A stretch of 64,000 nucleotides of DNA from Eledone cirrhosa (GCA_964016885.1 OZ024742.1:120776001-120840000), one strand, 5' to 3'; counted from the stretch's first letter, positions 40,615 through 61,500 are shown. Program-made: numbers and translations. Notes: generated by a model not told the origin, from the letters alone.

Positions 40615-40678
40615 TATTTCATTATACATATTTCAGGGATACCATATTAAATTATGGTGTGCCTTCATCAGACAAATA
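40615..40678 (-). ncRNA. minimal type I hammerhead ribozyme (mirror copy, two stem II mismatches)
   Basis: The minus strand reads TATTTGT-CTGATGA-AGGCACACCATA atttaa TATGGTATCCCT-GAAA-TATGTA-TA-ATGAAATA. Confidence 0.65.
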
Positions 40679-40784
40679 CAATATATAACAGTTTTACAAA
40701 TAGGTTTGACGTACCCTTTAAAATACAACCATTACTTTTGGAGGCTGTCTGGATATTGTTATATATTGTAACTGTTATATATTG

Positions 40785-40849
40785 TATTTTGTCTGATGAA
40801 GGCATACCATAATTTAATATGGTATGCCTGAAATATGTATAATGAAATA
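40785..40849 (+). ncRNA. minimal type I hammerhead ribozyme
   Basis: TATTTTGT-CTGATGA-AGGCATACCATA atttaa TATGGTATGCCT-GAAA-TATGTA-TA-ATGAAATA. Perfect 12-bp stem II, 8-bp stem I with two G.U pairs, and a very short near-palindromic stem III as in Penelope-type minimal hammerheads. Confidence 0.8.
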
Positions 40850-40987
40850 GATATGGTTTTATAAATATAGTTTCCATTTATTAATATCGTATATCTACTC
40901 CAAAAATTTGTTGAGTGCTTTATATCAGTTATAAAAATATTTACTTGTTGTATCCCAACAACTTTAAATAGAACTTTTGCATATATA

Positions 40988-41097
<110 letters not shown>

Positions 41098-41574
41098 TAT
41101 GAACATATGTATGTATATCAGTACAAGGCAATGACATAGAAATACTTGCTTTGGTGTCCAAACACACAGTTAACTCACTGGAAGTGAGCAACTCTGTTTC
41201 TTGTTAGATCATCATTCTAGGTAAAGAAAACTCTGATGTAAAACCTGAAACTTCCCGGCAGCCAATAATGTTGACCTGTTCTTTTTTTTTGGGGGGGGGG
41301 GGGGGGGTATACCAGTCACTGTTGTTCAGAAAGTGGGATTGGTCTAGTGCAAGACCATTCTTCATGTTAAAAATGTTCAAGCACAGGTATCACTTGATCT
41401 AAACATCTTTTATCTGTGTCACATGAGCAGGGCTGGACATAGCTGAAAAAGCCTATTTTTTTCACGGCAGTATATGCAGAAAAGAATGTAAGTACTTGGA
41501 AGGGCTAAAAAGTGATATTCATGCCACTCATGTATGAGAAAAGGATCAAGTGATAGCAATTCTAAAAACTGAGA

Positions 41575-41730
41575 TGTAGTACTTTACTGGTACTTTATTT
41601 TATCAACCATGGAAAGATGAACAGTAAAGTTGACCTCAGCAAGATTTCAACTCAGAACATAGAAAGTCATAACTAAATACTGTAAAATATTTTGTGTGAG
41701 GCTCTACTGACACTGACAATATGCTGCCCT
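41575..41730 (-). mobile_element. degenerate tRNA-derived SINE
   Basis: ctggtactttattttatcaacc..gaaagatgaacagtaaagttgacctcagcaagatttcaactcagaac. Confidence 0.75.
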
Positions 41731-42277
41731 TTTGATACTAAATAATAATTAATGTGTTTTAAGATCTTTGAAGTGTGAATATGTTAGTCATGAGATATTT
41801 TGAAGAAGACAAAATTTATAAACACAGCAAATTGATATAACGTATTCAATATTTTATACACACTTCAATAAACAGTTAAATCGACCACAATGGATCGAAG
41901 GCTCAATAAAAACATACTAGAAATAGCAGTTGTAAGCATTATCATCAGCAACAACATTTTACATGTTTTACATCAGTTGGAACAGTTGACATGGTCAGAG
42001 ATCAGACAGGTTGGAGTGACCTGGAAAGACATCCAGCCATAGAAACCATGTCAAATATGTTCCATAGTTGACATGGTTTCTATGGCTGAATGTCTTTCCT
42101 AATGCCAATCACCTTATAGAGCATTCTAAGTGCATTTTTCATAGTACCAACACCACCACTTTACAGAAAGAAGAATTCTCAGTGTTGAAGATTCTGTTTG
42201 ATAATTACTCATAGAATTCATACATGAGATAATTCTTTCACATCAAGTAAAAAGTATCACATTGTCACAGATATAAT

Positions 42278-43377
42278 CATCATCCTCATCATCATCACCT
42301 TTTAATATCCATTTTTCTATGCTAGCATGGGTTAGACAAGTTGTCCCATTGTGAGACAAGCCAGATCAGATGAGCATGTCTTGTTCATACAGAACTGTTT
42401 CTGGCTTAGTTTCAGCAACCACATTCACAGTGTGTACTAGGTGATTTTTGTCATGACACCTACATGACCACTTTACAGTGTGGGCTAGGTGATTTTTGTC
42501 ATGACACCTACATGACTACTTTACAGTGTGTACTAGGTGCTTTTTGTCATGACACCTACATGACCACTTTACAGTGTGGGCTAGGTGCTTTTTGTCATGA
42601 CACCTACATGACTACTTTACAGTGTGGGCTGGGTGCTTTTTATCATGACACCTACATGACCACTTTACAGTGTGGGCTGGGTGCTTTTTATCATGACACC
42701 TACATGACCACTTTACAGTGTGGGCTAGGTGCTTTTTTTTTTTGTCATGACACCTACATGACCACTTTATAGTGTGGGCTGGGTGCTTTTTATCATGACA
42801 CCTACATAACTACTTCACAGTGTGGGCTGGGTGCTTTTTTTTTTGTCATGACACCTACATGACTTCTTTACAGTGTGGTCTGGGTGCTTTTTTTTTGTCA
42901 TAACACCTACATGACCACTTTACAGTGTGGGCTGGGTGCTTTTTTTTTTTGTCATGACACCTACATGACCACTTTACAGTGTGGGCTAGGTGCTTTTTTT
43001 TTGTCATGACACCTACATGACCACTTTACAGTGTGGGCTGGGTGCTTTTTTTTTTGTCATGACACCTACATGACCACTTTACAGTGTGGGCTGGGTGCTT
43101 TTTTTTGTCATGACACCTACATGACTACTTTACAGTGTGGGCTGGGTGCTTTTTGACATGACACCTACATGACCACTATACAGTGTGAGCTTGGTGCTTT
43201 TTGTCATGTCACCTACATGACTACTTTACAGTGTGAGCTGGGTGCTTTTTGTCATGACACCTACATGACTACTTTACAGTGTGGGCTGGGTGCTTTTTGT
43301 CATGACACCTACATGACCACTTTATAGTGTGAGCTGGGTGCTTTTTGTCATGACACCTACATGACTACTTCACAGTG
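42278..43377 (-). mobile_element. RTE 3' UTR with 39-bp minisatellite (about 24 copies, 42420-43377)
   Basis: Same unit family as 9390-9925, with a variable poly-T; preceded by RTE tail sequence. Confidence 0.9.
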
Positions 43378-43831
43378 TTCATTCATATCAATGTTCATAT
43401 TTACAGTATGCCATTTTTTTTTACAAGCATCATCATCTTTTTTACATCTGTTTTTTCATGCTTGCATGTATATATATACTTATATATATCATCATTCATC
43501 ATTTCATTTTACGTCCACTTTTCCCTGCTTGCAAGGGTGGGACGGGAACTGATTCTGGCTTGATTTCTACAGCTGGATGCCCTTCCTAACACCAACCTCA
43601 TTTACAGTGAGTGCTGGGTGCTTTTTTTGCCGTGGCACCTCCACGACCACTTTGCAGTGGAATGATAGGGACTCAAGTCCATATCATCTCATTTCTACAG
43701 CTGAGTAAACTGGAGCAATGTGAAATAAAGTGTCTTGCTCAAGGAAACAACACATCACCCGGTCTGAGAATTGAACTCACAACCTTTCGATTGCAAGGCC
43801 AATGCTCTAACCACTAAGCCATGTGCCTCCA

Positions 43832-49636
<5,805 letters not shown>

Positions 49637-51396
49637 TTCAAGTTCAACGAGAAGATCTACACCCAAAATGAGGAAGCAGCCATTGGCGTCAGCATAGCTG
49701 GTGACATTGCCAACCTTTTTATGGTATGGTGAGAAAGCAAGCTCAAAGATCTCCTTGATGAGAGCTCTATAGACCTCATCATGTACTCTCGTTACGTAGA
49801 CGACATCAATATATAAGGACATCCCCACAAGAGGGCACTAACAAGTTTGATTTAGAACGTAGCACAATGGAAAGCATCCAGCAGATAGCTAATTCCATAC
49901 ACCAGAGTATAACTGTAACTATCGACTACCCTAACAGCAGACTACCTGTATTAGACACGGAACTATGGATTAATGCTATAGACGAGAGAGCCCAAATTCT
50001 CCACTCACACTATGCTAAACCCATGGGTCCAAATACCTGATACTCAAAAACTCAGCAATGTCCAGTAGTGCTAAGTTTAATATTCTGATCGCAGACTTGG
50101 TACGAGTGATAAAGAATGTGTCCCGCATGTGCGACCCAACAGAAATGGAAAGACACATCCAACACTTCATCAACCGCATGCAGTTCTCTGGCTACAACCA
50201 AAGAGACAGAATCAGAGTATACGAAGGAGTCACGGAGAAGTATAAGACCCTCATAGAACTGGACATGAAAGGAATTTGCCCATTATACAGGAGCAAATCA
50301 TGGAATAGCTTATATAGGACTAGACATAAGATAGGGAAAGCCACCTCATGGTATGACAACCAGAGATACCAGAGTGTCATGTTTGTGGACACTACCCCTG
50401 GAGGAAAATTAGCTAACCAGTGTCAAAAGGCCCTGAGAAAGACCCACTTAAAGATTAAGGTGGTAGAAAAGCCAGGAACCACCATAAAATCCCTGATCAG
50501 CAAAACCTACCCTTTTAAGAAAACCCACTGTACTAATAGGAAATGTATCATATGTAGAGTAAACCCCCGGATAAACTGTAAAACCAGAAACGTAGTCTAT
50601 AGCATAAGATGTACAGAGGGTACTTGCAGAAACATGACAACATACATAGGCAAGACAGCTCGTAGCATAGGTGAAAGGATAGACCAACACTGGGGGAACT
50701 AAAAGGACGAAAAAACGGTTCAGTATTATACGAACATGCTAGACAACAACATGACGGTAACATAGACAACATAGAAGTTAGAATAATATCTAAACATAGA
50801 AATGATCCAGCAGATAGGCAAATCAGAGAGGCCAGCGAAATAGAACTTAGAAGGCCAAGGCTAAACAGAAAAAATGAATGGAATAACAACAACACCCAAA
50901 CAAACAACACTGACCTAAGAGAAGTATAACTAAATAAATAAATAAATAAATACATACACAAACACAATAACAACAAACACATATAAACACACACTAGTAA
51001 ACTAAGATAGAATACATTAACCAATACACAGTCACCTAAACAAGAACACACATCAAACAAAACACTATACACACACGCAAACACATGCGCAGAGAAGACA
51101 ATAAAATAAACAAATAAATAAATAAATAAACAGACTAAATAAAGATGGCGTAAGCATACAATGCAATGGGAGGAAACATAATAGCAACACTGACCATGTT
51201 GCAGATGTGCAACGAAAGAACTTTGATAGACTATATATATGTGTTTGTGTCTATATTGTATCTGTACTTTTGACCGTTGGTCAGTCAATGGCAACATAAC
51301 CGATATAAAAGACACAGAAGCGAAAACCAACCAAACAGTGAGTGTGTTCTGTTATTAATTCTGGCAATATTATTACACAAATATGACCCTCCCCAA

Positions 51397-51399
<3 letters not shown>
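49637..51399 (+). mobile_element. Penelope-like retroelement, right inverted arm (further 5'-truncated, longer 3' end)
   Basis: 49637-51100 is the reverse complement of about 47603-49084. ORF 50058-50702. About 300 bp of extra 3' sequence ends at (TA)n. Confidence 0.93.
51182..51243 (+). ncRNA. degenerate hammerhead-like motif in the Penelope 3' terminus
   Basis: TAGCAACA-CTGACCA-T GTTGCA gatg TGCAAC-GAAA-GAAC-TT-TGATAGACTA. The core has G8 changed to C and stem I is imperfect. Confidence 0.4.
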
Positions 51400-51464
<65 letters not shown>

Positions 51465-51538
51465 ATGTATATTGTGTTGCCATGTTTATGTTTGTATCTG
51501 TGTGAAGCAAGTAACTGTAAACAGCAGGGACTAGTATA

Positions 51539-51631
<93 letters not shown>

Positions 51632-51756
51632 TAGTTGAGGTCGTCTACTTTAATATGTGAACCATGAAATATCCACAGACTGATCTAGTAGCAGAGGAAA
51701 AATATTGACATGACAAGTGTTGCATAGTGCATGTGTGTGTATATAATAAAATAATA

Positions 51757-52328
51757 ATAATGAAAATATTGTGTACAGTGCTCAGGTGCACTACAACTCA
51801 TCAAAAAGTGTATGTATAGTACATAGGGTAATGTACAAACGTCAGGAAAATGAACAGTGCATGAGTCATAGTCATGATATACACACATGTGCATGTGTAT
51901 GGAAGGGGTACATCAGGTGTAGCTTTGGCGAATTTTGGGAAGCATGAGGGTTTTAAAGGATGCAGTGTCTCGGCAGCTAACTGACGCAGGCAGTTTGTTC
52001 CATGCTTCAGCAACTCTAAGTGTGGAAAAGTGTTTCCGAAAGTCATGGGAGCTGTGCTGTTTTCTGACTTTGTAGGCATGTCCACGTGTGTTAGACACAT
52101 GGAGATCAAAAAGGTGCTCAGGGTTGTTGTTGGCGAGATGGTTAATAACTTTGTGGGTGTTTACCAAGTCCATTGCCAGATGTCGGAGCTTCAATGAATC
52201 CATGCCCAGGGAAACAAGGCATTCAGAGTATGGTAGGTGTCTGATGGAGGGTATGCGCTTGGTTGCACGTCTCAGGAGGTCAATGTTCTGAGCAAGATAG
52301 GGGTTCCAGACTGGTGATGCGAATTCCA
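51757..52328 (-). mobile_element. CR1/L2-group LINE 3' fragment, same family as 17225-18123
   Basis: EFASPVWNPYLAQ..RRATKRIPSIRHLPYS..NTRGH..AEAWNKLPAS and a matching 3' UTR. Confidence 0.93.
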
Positions 52329-55300
52329 TATGTGTGTACATATTTGTATGTTGGTGTGTGTGTATATGTGTGTACATATGTGTATGTCTGTACACATGTG
52401 TATGTTGGTGTGTGTATATGTGTGTATATGTCTGTACACATGTGTATGGTGGTGTGTGTATATGTGTGTACACATGTGTATGTTGGTATGTGTGTATATG
52501 TGTGTACATATGTGTATGTTAGTGTGTGTGTATGTGTGTACACATGTGTATGTTGGTATGTGTGTATATGTGTGTACATATGTGTATGTTAGTGTGTGTA
52601 TATGTGTGTACATATGTGTATGTTAGTGTGTGTATATGTGTGTACACATGTGTATGTTAGTGTGTGTGTAATGTCTATACACATGTGTATGTTGGTGTGT
52701 GTGTATGTGTGTACACATGTGTATGTTGGTGTGTGTATATGTGTGTACACATGTGTATGTTAGTGTGTGTGTAATGTCTATACACATGTGCATGTTAGTG
52801 TGTGTGTATGTGTGTACACATGTGTGTGTTGGTGTGTGTATATGTGTGTACACATGTGTGTGTTGGTGTGTGTGTATGTCTGTACACATGTGTGTGTTGG
52901 TGTGTGTATATGTATGTACACATGTGTGTGTTGGTGTGTGTATATGTATGTACACATATGTATGTTGGTGTGTGTATATGTGTACACATGTGTGTTGGTG
53001 TGTGTATATGCGTGTACACATGTGTGTGTTGGTGTGTGTGTATATGTGTGTACAGATGTGTGTGTTCGTGTGTGTATATGTGTGTACAGATGTGTGTGTA
53101 TATGTGTGTACAGATGTGTGTGTTGGTGTGTGTGTATATGTGTACAGATGTGTGTGTTGGTGTGGGCATATGTGTGTGTGCATGTGTTTATGCATATGTG
53201 TGTGAATGTACAAACTTGTGTGTGTGTGTGTGCATCCATGTGTGCATATGTGTGTGTATGTATATACTTGTATATGTATGCGTGTGTGTGCATATGTGTG
53301 TGTGTATATACTTGTATATGTATGTCTGTGTGTGTGTGTGTGTGCATATGTGTGTGTGTGTGTATACTTGTATATGTATGTGTGTGTGTGCATGTGTGTG
53401 TATATACTTGTATATGTATGTGTGTGTGTGTGTGCATATGTGTGTGTGTGTATATACTTGTATATGTATGTGTGTGTGTGCATGTGTGTGTATATACTTG
53501 TATATGTATGTCTGTGTGTGTATGTATATACTTGTATATGTATGTGTGTGTGCATATGTGTGTGTGTGTGTATACTTGTATATGTATGTGTGTGTGTGCA
53601 TGTGTGTGTATATACTTGTATATGTATGTCTGTGTGTGTATGTATATACTTGTATATGTATGTGTGTGTGCATATGTGTGTGTATGTATATACTTGTATA
53701 TGTATGTCTGTGTGCATATCTGTGTGTGTATATACTTGTATATGTATGTGTGTGTGTGTGTGTGCATATGTGTGTGTGTGTGTGTGCATATGTGTGTGTG
53801 TATATACTTGTATATGTATGTGTGTGTGTGCATATGTGTGTGTGTATATACTTGTATATGTATGTGTGTGTGTGCATATGTGTATGTGTATATACTTGTA
53901 TATGTATGTCTGTGTGTGTGTGTGTGTGCATATGTGTGTGTATGTATATACTTGTATATGTATGTGTGTGTGCATATGTGTGTGTGTATATACGTGCATA
54001 TGTATGTGTGTGTGTGTGCATATGTGTGTGTATATACTTGTATATGTATGTGTGTGTGCATATGTGTGTGTGTATATACGTGCATATGTATGTGTGTGTG
54101 TGTGCATATGTGTGTGTATATACTTGTATATGTATGTGTGAGTGTGTGCATATGTGTATTTGTATATACTTGTATATGTATGCGTGTGTGTGCATATGTG
54201 TGTGTGTGTATATACTTGTATATGTATGTCAGTGTGTGTCTGTGTGTGCATATGTGTGTGCATGTATATACTTGTATATGTATGTGTGTGCGCATATGTG
54301 TGTGTGTGTATACTTGTATATGTATGTCTGTGTGTGTGCATATGTGTGTGTGTGTATATACTTGTATATGTATGTGTGTGTGCATATGTGTGTGTGTATA
54401 TACGTGCATATGTATGTCTGTGTGTGTGTGTGCATATGTGTGTGTGTATATACTTGTATATGTATGTGTGTGCATATGTGTGTGTGTGTGTATACTTGTA
54501 TATGTATGTGTGTGTGCATATGTGTGTGTGTATATACGTGCATATGTATGTCTGTGTGTGTGTGTGCATATGTGTGTGTGTATATACTTGTATATGTATG
54601 TGTGTGCATATGTGTGTGTGTGTGTATACTTGTATATGTATGTGTGTGTGCATATGTGTGTGTATGTATATACTTGTATATGTATGTGTGTGTCTGTGCA
54701 TATGTGTGTGTGTGTATATACATTCATATGTATGTGTGTGTGTGTGTGTGCATATGTGTGTGTATGTATATACTTGTATATGTATGTGTGTGTGCATATG
54801 TGTGTGTGTGTGTATACTTGTATATGTATGTGTGTGTGTATGTGTGCATATGTGTGTGTGTATATACTTGTATATGTATGTGTGTGTGTGTGCATATGTG
54901 TGTGTGTGTATATACTTGTATATATATGTGTGTGTGTGCATATGTGTGTGTGTATATACTTGTATATGTATGTGTGTGTGTGCATATGTGTGTGTGTATA
55001 TACTTGTATATGTATGTATGTGTGTGCATATGTGTGTGTGTGTATATACTTGTATATGTATGTCTGTGTGTGTGTGTGCATATGTGTGGGTGTGTATAGA
55101 CTTGTATATGTATGTGTGTGTGTGTGCATATGTGTGTGTGTATATACTTGTATATGTATGTGTGTGTGTGTGTGTGCATATTTGTGTGTGTGTATATACT
55201 TGTATATGTATGTGTGTGTGTGTGTGTATATGTGTGTGTGTATATACTTGTATATGTATGTGTGTGTGTGCATATGTGTGCGTATGTATATACTTGTATA

Positions 55301-58300
55301 TGTATGTGTGTGTGCATGTGTGTGTGTATATACTTGTATATGTATGTCTGTGTGTGTGTGCATATGTGTGTGTGTATATACTTGTATATGTATGTGTGTG
55401 TGTGCATATGTGTGTGTGTACATACTTGTATATGTATGTGTGTGTGTGCATATGTGTATGTGTATATACTTGTATATGTATGTCTGTGTGTGTGTGTGTG
55501 TGTGCATATGTGTGTGTATGTATATACTTGTATATGTATGTGTGTGTGCATATGTGTGTGTGTGTATACTTGTATATGTATGTCTGTGTGTGTGTGTGCA
55601 TATGTGTGTGTATGTATATACTTGTATATGTATGTGTGTGTGCATATGTGTGTGTGTGTATATACTTGTATATGTATGTGTGTGTGCATATGTGTGTGTG
55701 TATATACGTGCATATGTATGTATGTGTGTGTGCATATGTGTGTGTGTATATACTTGTATATGTATGTGTGTGCATATGTGTGTGTGTGTGTATACTTGTA
55801 TATGTATCTGTTGATGCATATGTGTGTGTATGTATATACTTGTATATGTATGTGTGTGTGCATATGTGTGTGTATATACTTGTATATGTATGTCTGTGTG
55901 TGTGTGCATATGTATGTGTGTATATACTTGTATATGTATGTGTGCGTGCATATGTGTGTGTGTATATACTTGTATATGTATGCGTGTGTGTGCATATGTG
56001 TGTGTGTGTATATACTTGTATATGTATGTCTGTGTATGTGTGTGTGTGCATATGTGTGTGTATGTATATACTTGTATATGTATGTGTGTGTGCATATGTG
56101 TGTGTGTATATACGTGCATATGTATGTCTGTGTGTGTGTGTGTGCATATGTGTGGGTGTGTATAGACTTGTATATGTATGTGTGTGTGTGTGCATATGTG
56201 TGTGTGTATATACTTGTATATGTATGTGTGTGTGTGTGTGCATATGTGTGTGTGTGTATATATTTGTATATGTATGTCTGTGTGTGTGTGCATATGTGTG
56301 TGTGTATATACTTATATATGTATGTGTGTGTGTGCATATGTGTGTGTGTATATACTTGTATATGTATGTGTGTGTGCATATGTGTGTGTGTATATACGTG
56401 CATATGTATGTCTGTGTGTGTGTGTGCATATGTGTGTGTATATACTTGTATATGTATGTGTGAGTGTGTGCATATGTGTATTTGTATATACTTGTATATG
56501 TATGCGTGTGTGTGCATATGTGTGTGTGTGTATATACTTGTATATGTATGTCAGTGTGTGTCTGTGTGTGCATATGTGTGTGCATGTATATACTTGTATA
56601 TGTATGTGTGTGCGCATATGTGTGTGTGTATATACGTGCATATGTATGTCTGTGTGTGTGTGTGCATATGTGTGTGTGTATATACTTGTATATGTATGTG
56701 TGTGTGCATATGTGTGTGTGTGTGTATACTTGTATATGTATGTGTGTGTGCATATGTGTGTGTATGTATATACTTGTATATGTATGTGTGTGTCTGTGCA
56801 TATGTGTGTGTGTGTATATACATTCATATGTATGTGTGTGTGTGTGTGTGCATATGTGTGTGTATGTATATACTTGTATATGTATGTGTGTGTGCATATG
56901 TGTGTGTGTGTATATACTTGTATATGTATGTGTGTGTGTGTGCATATGTGTGTGTGTGTATATACTTGTATACATATGTGTGTGTGTGTGCATATGTGTG
57001 TGTATGTATATACTTGTATATGTATGAGTGTGTGTGCATATGTGTGTGTATGTATATACTTGTATATGTATGTGTGTGTGCATATGTGTGTGTGTGTATA
57101 CTTGTATATGTATGTCTGTGTGTGTGTGTGTGTGCATATGTGTGGGTCTGTATAGACTTGTATATGTATGTGTGTGTGCATATGTGTGTGTGTATATACT
57201 TGTATATGTATGTGTGTGTGTGTGCATATGTGTGTGTATGTATATACTTGTATATGTATGTCTCTGTGTGTGTGTGTGTGTGTGCATATGTGTGTGTATG
57301 TATATACTTGTAAATGTATGCGTGTGCGTGCATATGTGTGTGTGTGTATATACTTGTATATGTATGTCTGTGTGTGTGTGTGTGTGCATATGTGTGTGCA
57401 TGTATATACATGTATATGTATGTGTGTGTGCATATGTGTGTGTGTGTGTATACTTGTATATGTATGTCTGTGTGTGTGCATATGTGTGTGTGTATATATA
57501 CTTGTATATGTATGTGTGTGTGCATATGTGTGTGTGTATATACGTGCATATGTATGTCTGTGTGTGTGTGTGCATATGTGTGTGTGTATATACTTGTATA
57601 TGTATGTGTGTGTGTGTGCATATGTGTGTGTGTATATACTTGTATATGTATGTGTGTGTGCATATGTGTGTGTGTGTGTGTGCATATGTGTGTGTATATA
57701 CTTGTATATATATGTGTGTGTGTGCATATGTGTGTGTGTATATACTTGTATATGTATGTGTGTGTGTGCATATGTGTGTGTGTGTATATACTTGTATATG
57801 TATGTGTGTGTGTGCATATGTGTGTGTGTGTGTATATACTTGTATATGTATGTCTGTGTGTGTGTGTGCATATGTGTGGGTGTGTATAGACTTGTATATG
57901 TATGTGTGCGTGTGTGCATATGTGTGTGTGTATATACTTGTATATGTATGTGTGTGTGTGTGTGCATATTTGTGTGTGTGTATATACTTGTATATGTATG
58001 TGTGTGTGTGTGTGTATATGTGTGTGTGTATATACTTGTATATGTATGTGTGTGTGTGCATATGTGTGCGTATGTATATACTTGTATATGTATGTGTGTG
58101 TGCATGTGTGTGTGTGTGTATACTTGTATATGTATGTCTGTGTGTGTGTGCATATGTGTGTGTATGTATATACTTGTATATGTATATCTGTGTGTGTGTG
58201 CATATGTGTGGGTGTGTATAGACTTGTATATGTATGTGTGTGTGTTTGCATATGTGTGTGTATGTATATACTTGTATATGTATGTGTGTGTGTGTGCATA

Positions 58301-58446
58301 TGTGTGTGTGTGTATATACTTGTATATGTATGTGTGTGTGCATATGTGTGTGTATGTATATACTTGTATATATGTATGTGTGTGTGTGCATATGTGATGT
58401 GCATGTGTGTGTGTATGTATATAGTCGTATATATGTGTGTGTGTGT
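52329..58446. repeat. complex (GT)-based satellite, about 40-46-bp unit with variable GT runs
   Basis: Main unit gcata(tg)n tatatacttgtatatgta(tg)n from about 53260. A related tacacatgtgtatgttgg unit occupies 52329-53200. Confidence 0.97.
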
Positions 58447-58559
58447 TAATAAACGAAGGTAGATTTCGGGGGGGGGGGGGGGGGTTAAAGATAAATTGGT
58501 GAAAATACCCCGACAGGGTAAGTGTTCTCTATCTCTACATGTTGACTCTACATGTGCAC

Positions 58560-61500
58560 ACATGTAGGTGTATGTGTGTGTGTACATGTAAGTGTGTGTG
58601 TGCACGTGGCATGTGTGTGTGTTCATGTGTATGTGTGTGTTCATGTGTGAGTATGCTCATGAGCGTGTGTGTGTGCCCATGTGTGTGTGTCCATGTGTGT
58701 GTGTGTGTGTTCATGTGTGTGTGTGTCTTCATGTGTGTGTGTGTCTTCATGTGTGTGTGTCCATATGTGTGTGTGTGTTCATGTGTGTGTGTGTGTGTCT
58801 TCATGTGTGTGTGTTCATGTGTGTGTGTTCATGTGCATGTTGATGTGTGTGTGTGTGTGTCTTCATGTGTGTGTCTCCATGTGTTTGTCTTCATGTGTGT
58901 GTCTCCATGTGTGTGTGTTCTTGTGTGTGTCTCCATGTGTAAGTGTTCATGTGTGTGTCTCCATGTGTGTGTGTTCATGTGTGTGTCTCCATGTGTAAGT
59001 GTTCATGTGTGTGTCTCCATGTGTGTGTGTTCATGTGTGTGTCTCCATGTGTGTGTGTTCATGTGTGTGTCTCCATGTGTGTGTGTTCATGTGTGTGTCT
59101 CCATGTGTGTGTGTTCATGTGTGTGATTCCATGTGTGTGTGTTCATGTGTGTGTCTCCATGTGTGTGTGTTCATGTGTGTGATTCCATGTGTGTGTGTTC
59201 ATGTGTGTGTCTCCATGTGTGTGTGTGTGTTCATGTGTGTGTCTCCGTGTGTGTGTGTTCATGTGTGTGTCTCCATGTGTGTGTGTTCATGTGTGTGTCT
59301 CCATGTGTGTGTGTTCATGTGTGTGTCTCCAGTCTCCATGTGTGTGTGTTCATGTGTGTGTCTCCATGTGTGTGTGTTCATGTGTGTGTCTCCATGTGTA
59401 AGTGTTCATGTGTGTGTCTCCATGTGTGTGTGTTCATGTGTGTGTCTCCATGTGTAAGTGTTCATGTGTGTGTCTCCATGTGTAAGTGTTCATGTGTGTG
59501 TCTCCATGTGTAAGTGTTCATGTGTGTGTCTCCATGTGTAAGTGTTCATGTGTGTGTCTCCATGTGTGTGTGTTCATGTGTGTGTCTCCATGTGTGTGTG
59601 TTCATGTGCGTGTCTCCATGTGTGTGTGTTCATGTGTGTGTCTCCGTGTGTGTGTGTTCATGTGTGTGTCTCCATGTGTGTGTGTTCATGTGTGTGTCTC
59701 CATGTGTGTGTGTTCATGTGTGTGTCTCCATGTGTAAGTGTTCATGTGTGTGTCTCCAGTCTCCATGTGTGTGTGTTCATGTGTGTGTCTCTATGTGTGT
59801 GTGTTCATGTGTGTGTCTCCATGTGTGTGTGTTCATGTGTGTGTCTCCATGTGTAAGTGTTCATGTGTGTGTCTCCATGTGTGTGTGTTCATGTGTGTGT
59901 CTCCATGTGTAAGTGTTCATGTGTGTGTCTCCATGTGTAAGTGTTCATGTGTGTGTCTCCATGTGTGTGTGTTCATGTGTGTGTCTCCATGTGTGTGTGT
60001 TCATGTGTGTGTCTCTATGTGTAAGTGTTCATGTGTGTGTCTCCATGTGTAAGTGTTCATGTGTGTGTCTCCATCTGTAAGTGTTCATGTGTGTGTCTCC
60101 ATGTGTGTGTGTTCATGTGTGTGTCTCCATGTGTAAGTGTTCATGTGTGTGTCTCCAGTTTCCATGTGTGTGTGTTCATGTGTGTGTCTCTATGTGTGTG
60201 TGTTCATGTGTGTGTCTCCATGTGTGTGTGTTCATGTGTGTGTCTCCATGTGTAAGTGTTCATGTGTGTGTCTCCATGTGTAAGTGTTCATGTGTGTGTC
60301 TCCATGTGTAAGTGTTCATGTGTGTGTCTCCATGTGTGTGTGTTCGTGTGTGTGTCTCCATGTGTAAGTGTTCATGTGTGTGTCTCCAGTCTCCATGTGT
60401 GTGTGTTCATGTGTGTGTCTCCATGTGTGTGTGTTCATGTGTGTGTCTCCATGTGTGTGTGTTCGTGTGTGTGTCTCCATGTGTAAGTGTTCATGTGTGT
60501 GTCTCCATGTGTGTGTGTTCATGTGTGTGTCTCCATGTGTAACTGTTCATGTGTGTGTCTCCATGTGTAAGTGTTCATGTGTGTGTCTCCATTTGTAAGT
60601 GTTCATGTGTGTATCTCCATGTGTGTGTGTTCATGTGTGTGTCTCCATGTGTAAGTGTTCATGTGTGTGTCTCCAGTCTCCATGTGTGTGTGTTCATGTG
60701 TGTGTCTCCATGTGTGTGTGTTCATGTGTGTGTCTCCATGTGTGTGTGTTCATGTGTGTGTCTCCATGTGTAAGTGTTCATGTGTGTGTCTCCATGTGTG
60801 TGTGTTCATGTGTGTGTCTTCATGTGTGTGTGTTCATGTGTGTGTCTCCATGTGTAAGTGTTCATGTGTGTGTCTCCATGTGTGTGTGTTCATGTGTGTG
60901 TCTCCATGTGTGTGTGTTCATGTGTGTGTCTCCATGTGTGTGTGTTCATGTGTGTGTCTCCATGTGTAAGTGTTCATGTCTGTGTCTCCAGTCTCCATGT
61001 GTGTGTGTTCATGTGTGTGTCTCTATGTGTGTGTGTTCATGTGTGTGTCTCTATGTGTGTGTGTTCATGTGTGTGTCTCCATGTGTGTGTGTTCATGTGT
61101 GTGTCTCCATGTGTAAGTGTTCATGTGTGTGTCACCATGTGTAAGTGTTCATGTGTGTGTCTCCATGTGTAAGTGTTCATGTGTGTGTCTCCATGTGTGT
61201 GTGTTCATGTGTGTGTCTCCATGTGTGTGTGTTCATGTGTGTGTCTCCATGTGTAAGTGTTCATGTGTGTGTCTCCATGTGTGTGTGTTCATGTGTGTGT
61301 CTCCATGTGTGTGTGTTCATGTGCGTGTCTCCATGTGTGTGTGTGTGTTCATGTGTGTGTCTCCGTGTGTGTGTGTTCATGTGTGTGTCTTCATGTGTGT
61401 GTGTTCATGTGTGTGTCTCCATGTGTGTGTGTTCATGTGTGTGTCTCCATGTGTAAGTGTTCATGTGTGTGTCTCCAGTCTCCATGTGTGTGTGTTCATG

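Larger units (their letters stand above)
40570..40980. mobile_element. fold-back element with hammerhead motifs on both strands, between (TA)n tracts
   Basis: Arms at about 40570-40693 and 40770-40894. The right arm extends about 85 bp further to (TA)n/(TC)n. Confidence 0.85.
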
